DNA of 46,064 nucleotides from Candidatus Shapirobacteria bacterium (GTDB lineage Bacteria; Patescibacteriota; Microgenomatia; UBA12405): NCBI GenBank assembly GCA_903825325.1, contig CAIKAI010000044.1, positions 1 to 46,064 of the forward strand, read 5' to 3'. Shown piece by piece: positions 1 to 12,000 of this stretch (position 1 is its first letter; each line of letters starts with the position of its first letter). The notes under the pieces were generated by a model. It saw only the letters and a program-made list of their open reading frames with translations, ran no database searches and was not told where the DNA came from. The position numbers and the translations under genes were made by a program.

Positions 1-3000
1 AACCACACCCACTAATTCCCCCAAAAAGCTACTTACTCCCTTAGTATTTTGAACACCGTTACTAGTTTTCACTATGGCCGATTTTGGTTGTGCGGCATTA
101 GTAAAATCAAGAGAAATATCAGCAGCTTTTGGCAACACCACCTTTGTCTTTTCAATTTTCTTTAGCTCCAAATCCAAACTTCTAAGATTATATGGCCGAT
201 ATTTATCACTTTCACTATATTTAACTCCCAATGCATCTGCCCGGGCGATTATTTGATCTCTAGCTGCCACAAAATCATTCCAAGTTGGATCATAACTCAA
301 ATTAAAATCTTCTTTAAAATCTTTCAGCCGACTCTTTTCTAAATAATTTATATTATCTTTCAAATCCGCCAAGGCTTGTTCATTTATAGTCGTCCCGGCA
401 TTTCCCCCTATCGATTCCAACTGCTGTTTTAACGAGTGATATACCGCCTCTACAGTTGCTAAATAATAGTTTTTACCTTGATTTTGATTCCTAATTAACT
501 CAAAATTAATTCCTAAATTGGGATAGGTATTTTCGACTCTTTTTGTAGCATAATCCAAGGCCTCATCGTAGTTTTTTTGAGACATGCTCGTATCAAAAGC
601 CTTTCTTTCAGCCTCTAAATTTTGATAAGCTGTTTTTGTATCCTCAGTTACTTCTGCTGTTCGACCTGTGGCATTGTCAATCATCACCACCGCCGCCTTT
701 CGGTACTCGCTCGTCGAAATATTCGAGGCATCAACGATACCCACTAAGTACGATGAGTCAATCATAGTAGCAATCATTACCTCGCCTTTGGAGCCCTTTC
801 CATAATTCTCAATTTGCGAAATTGGGATATCCATTACCAAGAGTTGTCCTTGATTGGGAATAACTGAACTATCCAGATTTGTTCCACCCGATAAATACGG
901 TACTACATCCGGCCCGGCCGTATAATAAACAAAAACATTCGTTCTATTGACTAAACTTTTTCTAATCGAAAATCCCCTCAGAGCATCCTTTTCCGCCTCC
1001 TTCATAAATTCCTGATAATAGCCGCGAGCTCTTTCGTCTTGTATATATTTTTGACTAGCATCATACAACGCCACCATATTACTAAATGTTGGCTCTTTCG
1101 CCATCGCCTCCACAAATGGTTTCATTTCCTTGACGACCACCATTTTGCCATCACGGATATCTCTCATCGCATAGGCAGTTTGGTTGAGAAGCACGTCCAC
1201 CGTCGTTTTATCAATTACCCCAATTGCTCGATATACTCGGATAGTCGGCTCATTAGCAATTTTTGGCTGTTTGATTGCCAACAATTGCCCCACTTTTGCA
1301 TTTGGCATGGGCACCGAAATTTTTTCAACATTAAATCCTCTGTCTTTTAATCCAACTTCCAACTCATCGAAAGTAGTCATCGGTGTCGCCGGTGCAGGCA
1401 GTGCTGCTGTCGGTTGTACATTTGGAACTACTTCTTCATTCGATTCATTACTTACATTTTGATTTTGGGTGGAATTTGTATACAAAAAATCATAACCCGT
1501 CATTTTTGTTTTCAAATATTTATCATGCCACTGTTTTGCCAAATCTTGCCCCACGTAAAACAAATGCCAGTCCTCTTGTGGTAAACCATCCACCGGCGCC
1601 GAATATGTTTTGATAAAACCATATTTATATGCATTTTGTTCCACCCACATTCCCGCTTTAGTTTTACCAAATCCCGAACCAATTCCAATTGCCTGTTTGT
1701 TTTCCGGAGTACTTACATCCACTGCATACCCCGTGTTATGTTCCGATTCTTTTGGTTTGGTAGTTGCCTCTGGCGCTTGTGAGTGAGCAATTTGTTGCTC
1801 TTCCTTGGTTCTATAACCTGACATTAAATACATTGTTGCGCCATCGGCTCTTGCCGCATTAAACATTGCCGCCAGATCGTTAACCACTTCCCGAGCAATC
1901 ATTTCTTTTGGCGCCAACACATAATTATTCAAATAAGTAGCCGCTTCCACCAAATCTGGTTCAATATTATTCTTCATTTCCGCCGTCGTAACTGGTGATT
2001 TATGCAAATCACGAAAGGCAAACGGATTTACTGACATCGGTTTCAATTGATACTTATTTGGTTGTTGCCCTGGTTCCAACAAGCTTACCAGCTGTTCCAT
2101 CGCCAATTTTGCCGACCCAACGATCCATTGGCTTTTTCCTGAAATAACATCATCATAAAATTTATCCAACATAAACCAATTTTGTCGAAAACAATATTTT
2201 TCAAATAATGCCTCTTTGTTCCATATATTCTTCAGAACCGGACCTATAATGTCAGAAGTTGGATCGCCATATGGATTTTCTGTCGTTAAAGCATAAAATG
2301 CCGTGGTTAAAATAGCTCGAATATCTTCACTTTGGGTCGACACCCCGGTAACTAAATATTGAGGTGACATATTGAAAGCTGGCGTGCCAAAAAAATTGTT
2401 TGTATCAATTGTCGCCACTCTACCACCAAAGTCAATTAATTGAGCACCGTATTCTCTGGAAATAATTATATTTTTAGGCTTAATATCAGCATGGTTTTGA
2501 TATTTTTCATCAATCTCAATATTATGGATCTTATCCACTGTCTCGGCGATTTGTGCCATCCACAAGATTACTTTTGACTCATCAACGGTTTCGCCAAGAT
2601 CTTTGGAATCATTAATATATTTAGCCAAAGTTGGCCCATAAACATATTCCATCACTCCGTAGCCTGCATAGATTTGTCCATTAGAATTTACTAAAGGCAC
2701 AATATCCAACGCTACCGGAACATCCAATTTTCGATACACTGCCAATTTCTTAATCTCTGTTTGAATTCCAATCCATGGATTATCACTATAGACATTTCTT
2801 TTGATTATTACCATTTTCATCAAATGTGTATCCCACCCCGCATAGACCTCACCCTCACCTCCTGACGCCATCAACCGGCTGCTCTTTATATACCTATTCC
2901 CAACTAATTCTGATCCCGAAATCGGTTGGTTTAAAACCTGTGGATTCTGCCAAACAAGTGTTCGATATTCTTTTTCCAACTTTTCTATCTCTGCTTCCAC

Positions 3001-6000
3001 ATCAAGCAAATCATCTCTCAGAACTACTTTATTTTCATTATCATTTCCTGTCAAAATTATTATTTTATTAACCGACGGATGAAAATAAAAATTATCTTGA
3101 ATCGCTTTATATAAAGTCAACCTTCTCACCACCTCCGACTGAATTGGCGGCATTTCGACCGAAGTTTCAACATCACCAAAAGATAGTTTTATTGGGTTGG
3201 TATTTACCCCAACCAGATTCCATTTATTAACTGATACAACTTGATGAATCACAGTCGAAATTAAATCGTAATCTGACTGGCGAATCCCAAATTCTCCGTA
3301 TCGACTAATCAAATTATTCCAAACCCCCACCTCATTCCGAGTCATCATCGACTCAATTAGTTTTACCAACCCTGCATTAGATCCATAATCATTATCGATG
3401 ATATTATTAATTTTATCGAGTCGATATCGGATTAGATGGTCAATAATTATCTTTTTCGAGACTTCATCATTAACATTTATTATTTTGGGGATTTCTTGGG
3501 CTAGATAATTCTCCATTCCAGAATAGTCTCCCGACAACCAATCTACCGACTGATAAATCGCCAACGGTATTTTTATTTGCATGACCGCAGCATAGACATC
3601 ATCAGCATTCGCAATAATTTGACTCCTCATTCCCACCAACGACTTCGACCAGGTCCACCTCATCTGCCATGGCGCAAAAGTTTTACTGGCTACTTGAACA
3701 TTTTTTAACCCCATCAATTTCATCTCGGCCACCAAATTCATCTCTTTGTTTTGTGCCAAAACCGGCGCCAGCAAATTAGCCGTTGTTGTCGACAGTCTAA
3801 AATCACCATCCACCGCCAATTTGTTAATCAAATTATCCAAAATTTCTTTCTCTTGGCCTTTTAAATTAACTCCCAATTTGGGCCTAATTGTTACTAGTCC
3901 GGTATTCACATTCTTTATAGCAATCACATCGTCTGCCAATTGGTAAAGAACCGTCTGCCGCATTTCCACATCTTCAATCGCCTTTTCAAAACTATTATTG
4001 ACGGCACTTTGTCGATAATATGGTCTCAACATGTCTCTAATTTCCTGATTTTGTTTTTGTGCCAAATCAGTTTCCGGCAACACCACCGGCTCTTTTACCA
4101 CCGTTCTTTGAATCGCCCGACTTAAGTTTACTAATGTCGCTGCGGTCTGTTCCGCTATCCCCGGCTTCGCCACTCTTAAGTTATTTGCAATTGTTTTTTG
4201 TCCGCTTAGATTTACAGGGGCATTACTTGATTCTAATTGAGTCGATGCGTCTTCATTTCCTCTCTGGTTATATACGTAAGGAATTCTTGCCGATTGTCTT
4301 CTAATCTGTAATCTCCCCTCTTCTGCCGAAATCTGGATTCTCTCCCATACTGATGATGGAGTTACAGCAATAGCGTTTACTTCTGTTGTTTCCGTTTCCA
4401 AGATTGTTTTGTAGTCTTCTAGGGTTTGTTTCTGTTCTGTAGTTAAATCCTTTCTCGTGGTTAATAATAGGTCAACTCGGTCTTTGGTTAATTGAATGGC
4501 TCTAATGGCGGCATCTTTTCGAGCTTGGGTTTTAACTATTTTTAATCTTTCGATAGCAATGTCTTTGTTTTGAATTAATTGAGCTAATTTGTTAACGTAT
4601 TCATGACTATTGGCATAAAGATTAGCCACATCAACTGCTTGGTTCGCCGCTGTTTGATTATGTTTCAAATTAAATATTTCAGCTTCAGTCAACTTCTTAT
4701 TAACGGTACCATCTCGAGCTGGACAGGAAGCAAATCCGGGGGAACAAAGAGCCGCACCTTCCAGCACTACTACTCTTCCCCTAACTGTTTTATCCGTCAA
4801 TGAAATTTGTATTGCCGAAGTCGCCACTGGCACAACCACACTCTGCGATATAGTCGATCCCAGATAACCTGCCAACATATCCACTAATTGTCTGCCGGTC
4901 AATTTAACGAACTTGTCATCTCCTGCAAATACCTGATTAAACAAACTAAACAATGGCACCCAATCCGATATTTTATTCCAATACTTGGCTGACAAGGCAT
5001 TCTGATTCCATCCATTCTCTGTCATCTGACGATGTATCCGAAACAAATTTAACTCGGGAAACTCATACGGATCACGTCCTGTCAAAGCATAAAAGGCTGT
5101 AGTTATTAGTGCCCGTGTATCTTCGCTGGTGCTTTTCACCCCAGTATATATATATTGCGGCGATATGTTATAGGCTGGAGTTCCAATTGGGTCATTGCCA
5201 ATCTGTTCCATTGACGACACTCCAAAATCAATTAATTGGGCCCCCAATTCTCTCGAAATAATTATATTGCTGGGTTTTACATCACCATGAAATTGGTATT
5301 TCCCCTCAACCACTGTTTTATGAATTGTATCCACCGTATCAGCTATTTGCCTCATCCACAACATTACTTGAGTATCAGGCACTTTCTCACCCAATGATCT
5401 CGCATCCGCAATAAAATCAGTCAAATTAGGTCCATAAATAAAGTCCATTACTCCATAAGCATCTGTCACATCTCCTAAGCCATCTATTACCGGGACTAAA
5501 TCATACGCCACTGGCACATCCAGACTCATATATTTAGCCAATGTTTGCATCTCCAACTTCATATCAATCGCCTTATTATCACCAATCATATTCTGCTTTA
5601 TAATCACCATTTTAAATAAATGTGTATCCCAACCAATAAACACCTGCCCCATACCACCTTTAGCCATAGCATCCGCGCTAATTAAGTAACGACCACCCAG
5701 CATTTTCGTCCCAACTATCGGTTGATTCAGAATTTGTGGATTATTACGAACCTGCTGTAAATATTCACTTTCCAAACTTTCAATTTCTGCTTCCAAATCA
5801 GGCAAGGCACTTTTATTTATAGTTCTCAAAACTTCTGCTCCTCCCGAAATCTTTAACGACTCAATTGATGGATGTAAATAAAAATTATCGCGGACTGCCT
5901 TGTAAACAATCAATTTTCTCACCACCTCTGATTGCACTGGCGGCATTGGCACATTAGTCGACATTCCTCCAAAACTTAATTTTAATAAATTTACTCCGCC

Positions 6001-9000
6001 GGAAAACAGACCTAACTCTTGTTTTCTAGCCAAAACTTGTCGAGCTACCTCCACCACCAAATCATGATCAGATTCCGAAACACCCATTGACTGAAATCCA
6101 ACCCAAAATCTTTTCCAAATAGACTCTTCATTATCCAAATTACTTGATTCAATCCATTTCACTAGGCCACTCACACCATTATAATTATTGTTAAGTACCG
6201 ACATTGTATTACCCAGCCGTACCCAAACCAAATTATAAATCGTCTCTTTTCTTGTTGTCACATCGCTAATATTTATAATTTTACTAATTTCTTGTGTTAG
6301 ATAATTCTCTATCCCCGAATAATCAGCCGAAGCCCAGTCAACCGTTTTATAGATATCAATGGGAATCTTAATTTGCTGTACTTGATTTATCACATCAACA
6401 TAGTTAGAAATTGTTATTGCTTTGTTTTCATTTTTTATTGCCGACCAAGTCCACCTCATTTGCCATGACCCCCATACTTTTTTAATCAACTTAATGTTTT
6501 TTAGACTATCTAATTTCATTTCCGCCGCTTGATAAAAATGGTCATTTCCCACCAATACCGGTGCTAATAAACTAGCGGTTGCTGTTGATAGTCTAAAATC
6601 ACCATCTTTGCCAACATTACTAACTAGTGCATCCCTTATTTCCATTTCTCTACCCTTTAAACTCACTCCCAACACAGCTTTAACTGTTACCAAACCAGTA
6701 TTGACATTCTTTATGGCGATTACATCATTCGCCAATGAATAGATTATCGTCGCTCCAGAATCAGCGGCATTTATTGCCGCCTCAAAACTTTTATTTGTTG
6801 AACTTTGTCGATAATATGGCGACAACTTACTCCTATTATCTTGGGTCTGAGATATTTCAACTTTGCGGGCGAGATTGACAACGGTCGTATTATTTTGATC
6901 CACCTGACGAACGGCATTAACCGCAGTTGGGTTAAGTAATTCTTCCACCTTCTTATCCTCTTCTTGTCTGGCAGTTGGATTCACTTTGTAAGTCAATCTT
7001 CTTAAAGCCATCGATTGTTCTTCATAAGCTACTTGTATTCTCTCCCACACTGATGATGGAGCTACTGGAGTGTTATTTACATTTGTCTTTTCCGTATCTA
7101 ATATTGGTTTGTAGTTTTCTAGGGTTAGTCTCTCTTCTGAAGTTAAATCCTTTCTCGTTTGTAATTGATTGACTCTATCCTTGGTTAATTGGATGGCTCT
7201 AATGGCGGCATCTTTTCGAGCTGATGTTTTAACAATCTTTAATCTTTCGATAGCAATGTCTTTGTTTTGAATTAATTGACCTAACTTATTTAGATATTCA
7301 TGACTATTAACAAAATTTGCCACATTAATAACTAATTGATTGGCTTGATCTACTTGATGCTTTTGATTTAATTCTCCAGCCTGTTTTAACTTGTTGTCAA
7401 CGGTTGTTTGTCGAATTGGACAGGAATCAAAGCCTGGGGAACAATTTTCGGAGCCTTCAATTTTAAATAATGTTCCAGAGTCATATAATTTTTTCCATCC
7501 GAAAGGTAAACCAAAACCAACCTTTCCCTTAATTACCATCCCATCTTTTACCAACTCATATTTTCCATCTACCAACATTACGGTAGCTCCAGTAATGTGG
7601 TTGATGTCTATTGAATCGTAAGGTGAAAGTTTTGCAATTTCAAAATTAAGTCGAACTCCGTTAACATACGTCCAGGGAACTTCATTGTCATCGCCGATTC
7701 CAACAACATTGCCACTATCATCACGATAGATGAAAACTTCATCAATACTACCAATTTTTTCATATTTGTTAACACTAAACGAATTACCGCCAAAAATTGG
7801 CCACATGTTTTTCAAAACAGGTGGGTCTTTGCCGACAGATTTTAATAAGTCCACCGCTAAGTCGCTCCATTCTTTGCGCTTTTTATACAGTTCTCGTATC
7901 ATGTCAGTTGAATAATTTTCTGATAAATTTATTTTCGCATCGACAAATTCTTGGGCTACTTGGGCCAATTTGGTCATAGATTTGATCGACCGAAAATTAT
8001 TGATAATATCTCCAATGGACAATTTAAAACCAGTGATTCCGGTCGCCTCGATTAAGGAGTCAATTTTACTTTGAGTTTCGGTTTGGGTGGCATTTTCTGA
8101 TAAGTCCAAAGCTTGATTAATAAGAACTTTTGTATCAACCAATCTATTGACCAGGATTGGCCATCGAGTTATGGATTCACTCTCCAATATTGCTAAAGCC
8201 ATTTTTTGGTCACCATAGAGAGCAGTCAATTTATTTAAGGCATTAATTGCCGCTGAAATTTGATTTTTTAGCATTTTTCTTAGCTCAGGTGAATTGAGTC
8301 GATCAACAAAAGCTTGATAAACTTCAGGTTCTACATACGAATTTTTGTTATTTATAAAATAAGCAAAATAATCATAGATACCACCATCAGATTCCATCTC
8401 AATTAATGTCGAGGCAACATACTCGTCTGATAAGGTTGCATCGGTTTTGAATGCCACGATTTCATCACGAGCGTTGGCCAAATAATAGTCACTTAATACA
8501 TGAACCAGTTTATCAAGCTCTGGCATTGACGTTGCTTTAGCATCACCAACCAAATTGAGATCGACAATCATAAACAAAGCATTGAGTATGTGTTGTTCCT
8601 CATGAATATAGGTACTCTCCCTTTCTTTTGTTAGACCATGGCGCACAACAAATACCAATCCATTAACTGAACTATCTTTTACATTAAAACCCGCAAATCC
8701 GGCAGTTTGAAAAGCTAAATTCTGATCATCCTTTGTTGGCTTGTTTATCCCCCCATTAATTTTTTCCCAGTTGTAGGCTACGGCATAGTCAGTGTCATCT
8801 CGAGTACCTAAAGCAATTGACATGGGACCAATCCGCACATCAATATCACCAACACTGTCTACCCCAAAATAATCATAAAACATTTTTTTGCCATCATAAG
8901 TACCGTCTACTTTTAGATATTTCTTTGCATTTTCTAATACACGTTTGTGATTTACATAATATTGAAGGAAAATTTTCCCTACTGTAAACAAATATTTGTC

Positions 9001-12000
9001 AGGAAGATTATATTTTATTTGGTAAGCTCCATAAATATTTTCTATTTGCAACAAGGTAATCTCTGGATTGTTCCGAATTTGGTTTTCCAAATCTGCTCTT
9101 AACTCGGCCAAACCTTTTTCTTGATTTTGTAGTCTAGCAGTATAATCTGCGGCTATTTGTCGATACTCCTCCTTTAATATTTGACCTTTTAAATTGCCGA
9201 TCCTTTGGATTTCTAAACTGGCATCAAATACGTTGGCATTGACCACTTTGACATTAAATATTGGGGGCGTCTTTTCGTCAGTTTTTCCATAGTAATTTCG
9301 TAAAGCATAAATATAGTAAGTCGCACCTGTTGAATCTCTAACTGTTAAGCGTCCACCACTTTTAATATCCCAACCGCCATTCACTTGTGAGGCATTAATG
9401 CTCTCAACAACCGTCAAATTCCTTAAATCAAAAACTATTTCACCGGTAGTCTCGGTATATGAAATTGTATAGTTAACTGTGTTTGAACCTAAATAGAAAA
9501 TGTTGTTAACAGAAATCGGTTGACCATATTTAATAATTACCGATATTTCTGACAAAGTGGTTTTATTTTTTATTCGAAGCACTTCTCCCTCGTGAACAAT
9601 ATTTGATTCTTTATTACTTCCATCCCGACCATAGACCGTAAATGAATATTCATCATCTAGCTTCGACGCGGAAAATCCACCGTCACTAGTTTTTAAAAAT
9701 GGAACACGTCTTGTGAATGCATCATCCGTAAAGTCACTACCTTCAACTAAAAACAGCTTATTGTTTCCCATATCTGCCTGAGATAATTTTATCAACTTAA
9801 TAACCAACCCATCAATGAAATTAATATATCCATGGTCAGATGGCGAACCTACTGAAAGGGCTTTTTCCAATCCCAATTCAATTCCAAAGTTTCCCCAACC
9901 GACAGACTTGTCAAACACCTCTGCAAATAAATCTTCAATCGAGTTATATTTATTTAATTTTTCCAAATAGGTCATTAAAATATCGAGTTGAGGTTTGTCT
10001 TTTGGAATGGTTAGATTTATTCCAAATTTTGAAATTATTGCCTGGGCTGTTTTCTTTTCGATGGCATAGTTCTCAGCATCGGTTATTTTTTGATTATAAG
10101 CATTGGTCATTGACTGCAACTTAGTTACTTCAATTCCTAAATCAGCTGCTTTTGCTAATGATTCAGTTACTTTGGCAATATTTCGACCATCGACTTGTTT
10201 CACCGAATTAACATAAGTTTGCAAAGCTGCTGCGTCTTTTTCTTTTTGAACATTTTTAGTATCTGTTTGTGGTGCTGGTTGACCTACCCCTGCAGTTCCT
10301 ACCTCTGGCAAGACCACCTGTTGTTGTTCCAATTCAGTATCTTGCATCTCTCTTTGAGTTAATACAAAAGGTATTCTCGCTGTTTGTCTTCTAACTTGAA
10401 TATCACCTCTACCTATAGCTGTTTGTATCCATTCTGATGGTGAAGAATTAGCTACTGGGGTATTGTTAACATTTGTTTTATCCGTTTCCAATTGTTGTTT
10501 AAGATTGTTTAAGATAGTTGTCTGTTCTACAGTTAAATCCTTTCTCGTGGTTAATAAGAAGTTAGTTCTATCTAACGTTAGCTGAATCGCTCTAAGTGCA
10601 TCATCTTTTTCAGCAGTGGTTTTAACGATGTTTAAGTGTTCTACTTCGACTTGTTCATTTTGGATATCTTGTGCTAATTGATTAACATACTCATGCGAAT
10701 TAACATAGTTTCTTAAACTATTTAATTGAGTTAAGGCTTCATTAATTTTATTTTGTTTAAGAAGATCATCAATCTTGGCTAATTGTGATTTAACTACCAT
10801 AGCTCGAACTGAGCAGGAGGAGAATCCGGGGGAACAATTTTCGTCACCTTCAATTCCATTAATATTATTTTCTGCCGCGGCTTCTTCGCGAATTTGTTCC
10901 ACGTTTATCTTATCCAATACAACTTCTTGCCCTAAAGTATTCTCTATTAAATCCATAGCACTGGGATTTTCAATTACCTTGATATAACCCACATATTGAT
11001 TGAGTTTTGCTGCCTCTAACTTGTCGACCAATAACTTTTTCTCTTCTTCACTTCGAACAATAATTCTCGAAATATATTTTCCGCCAATACCCACCTTAAA
11101 CATTTGTTCATTCCCAGCGTTGTATCCGTTAACCACCTGATCCTTTAATATTTCTTCCGGCGTTTGTCTGTCTTGATATGTAGATAAATCAGTTGAACCA
11201 TATTTATCGCTATTATAAGCATACATATCTACTCGGTTGATCAGTGTGGGTCTAAATAATATGGTGATTTTCCCAACTCCTAACGCCGAGTTCTCCACCC
11301 CATTCGCATTTTCCGCCACCATTCTGGTAAACACATTATCTGCTCCACCGGTTTCCAAATCTCTCGACGAGCTTAAGCCTTCAGTAAACACCCCTCTCGA
11401 CCACCGTTCTGACGTCGACATCAAACCGCCATTGGCTAAAATCAGCAGTAAATCATCTTCCGAATTTACGTTATGGAAAATCGCAAATCGGCCATATTTC
11501 TCAGCTAATTTAGTCGACCGTCCTTGTTCTTCATAAGTGACGTATTCCGGATAGGCGGTTACTTTCGACAAATCATTTATCCCCTCATCAGTCGCCTGAG
11601 TTTTTGTTTGCGCCTCCAGTAAATTTTGTTTCAGTAACGTTTCCGACAACACATCCATGCTGCCAAATATTCCCCCAATGCCAAATTTCTCTCTAAACAA
11701 ATCGGCAATCAAACTTGCCGCTCCTTCACTTCCCAATTCTTTTAGTTTTGCCTGATCAATTTCCACATTTACCAACCCCACAGCTGATCGCACCGTATTA
11801 CCCTTGTCGTTTGTCGCTCTCGCTAATTTAACCGTCACTCCTTGATAAACAATTTCCACGGCATTAGTCATCAGAATGGTCGCTTCATTATTTTCCGCGG
11901 CTGATACAAAATTAATTTTGCCTTCTTTAAACTCGCCTGGTTTCAGACCGGCAATCGCCTGATCGAGTATGCTTTTATCCAGCTTGAAACTAATCACCAC

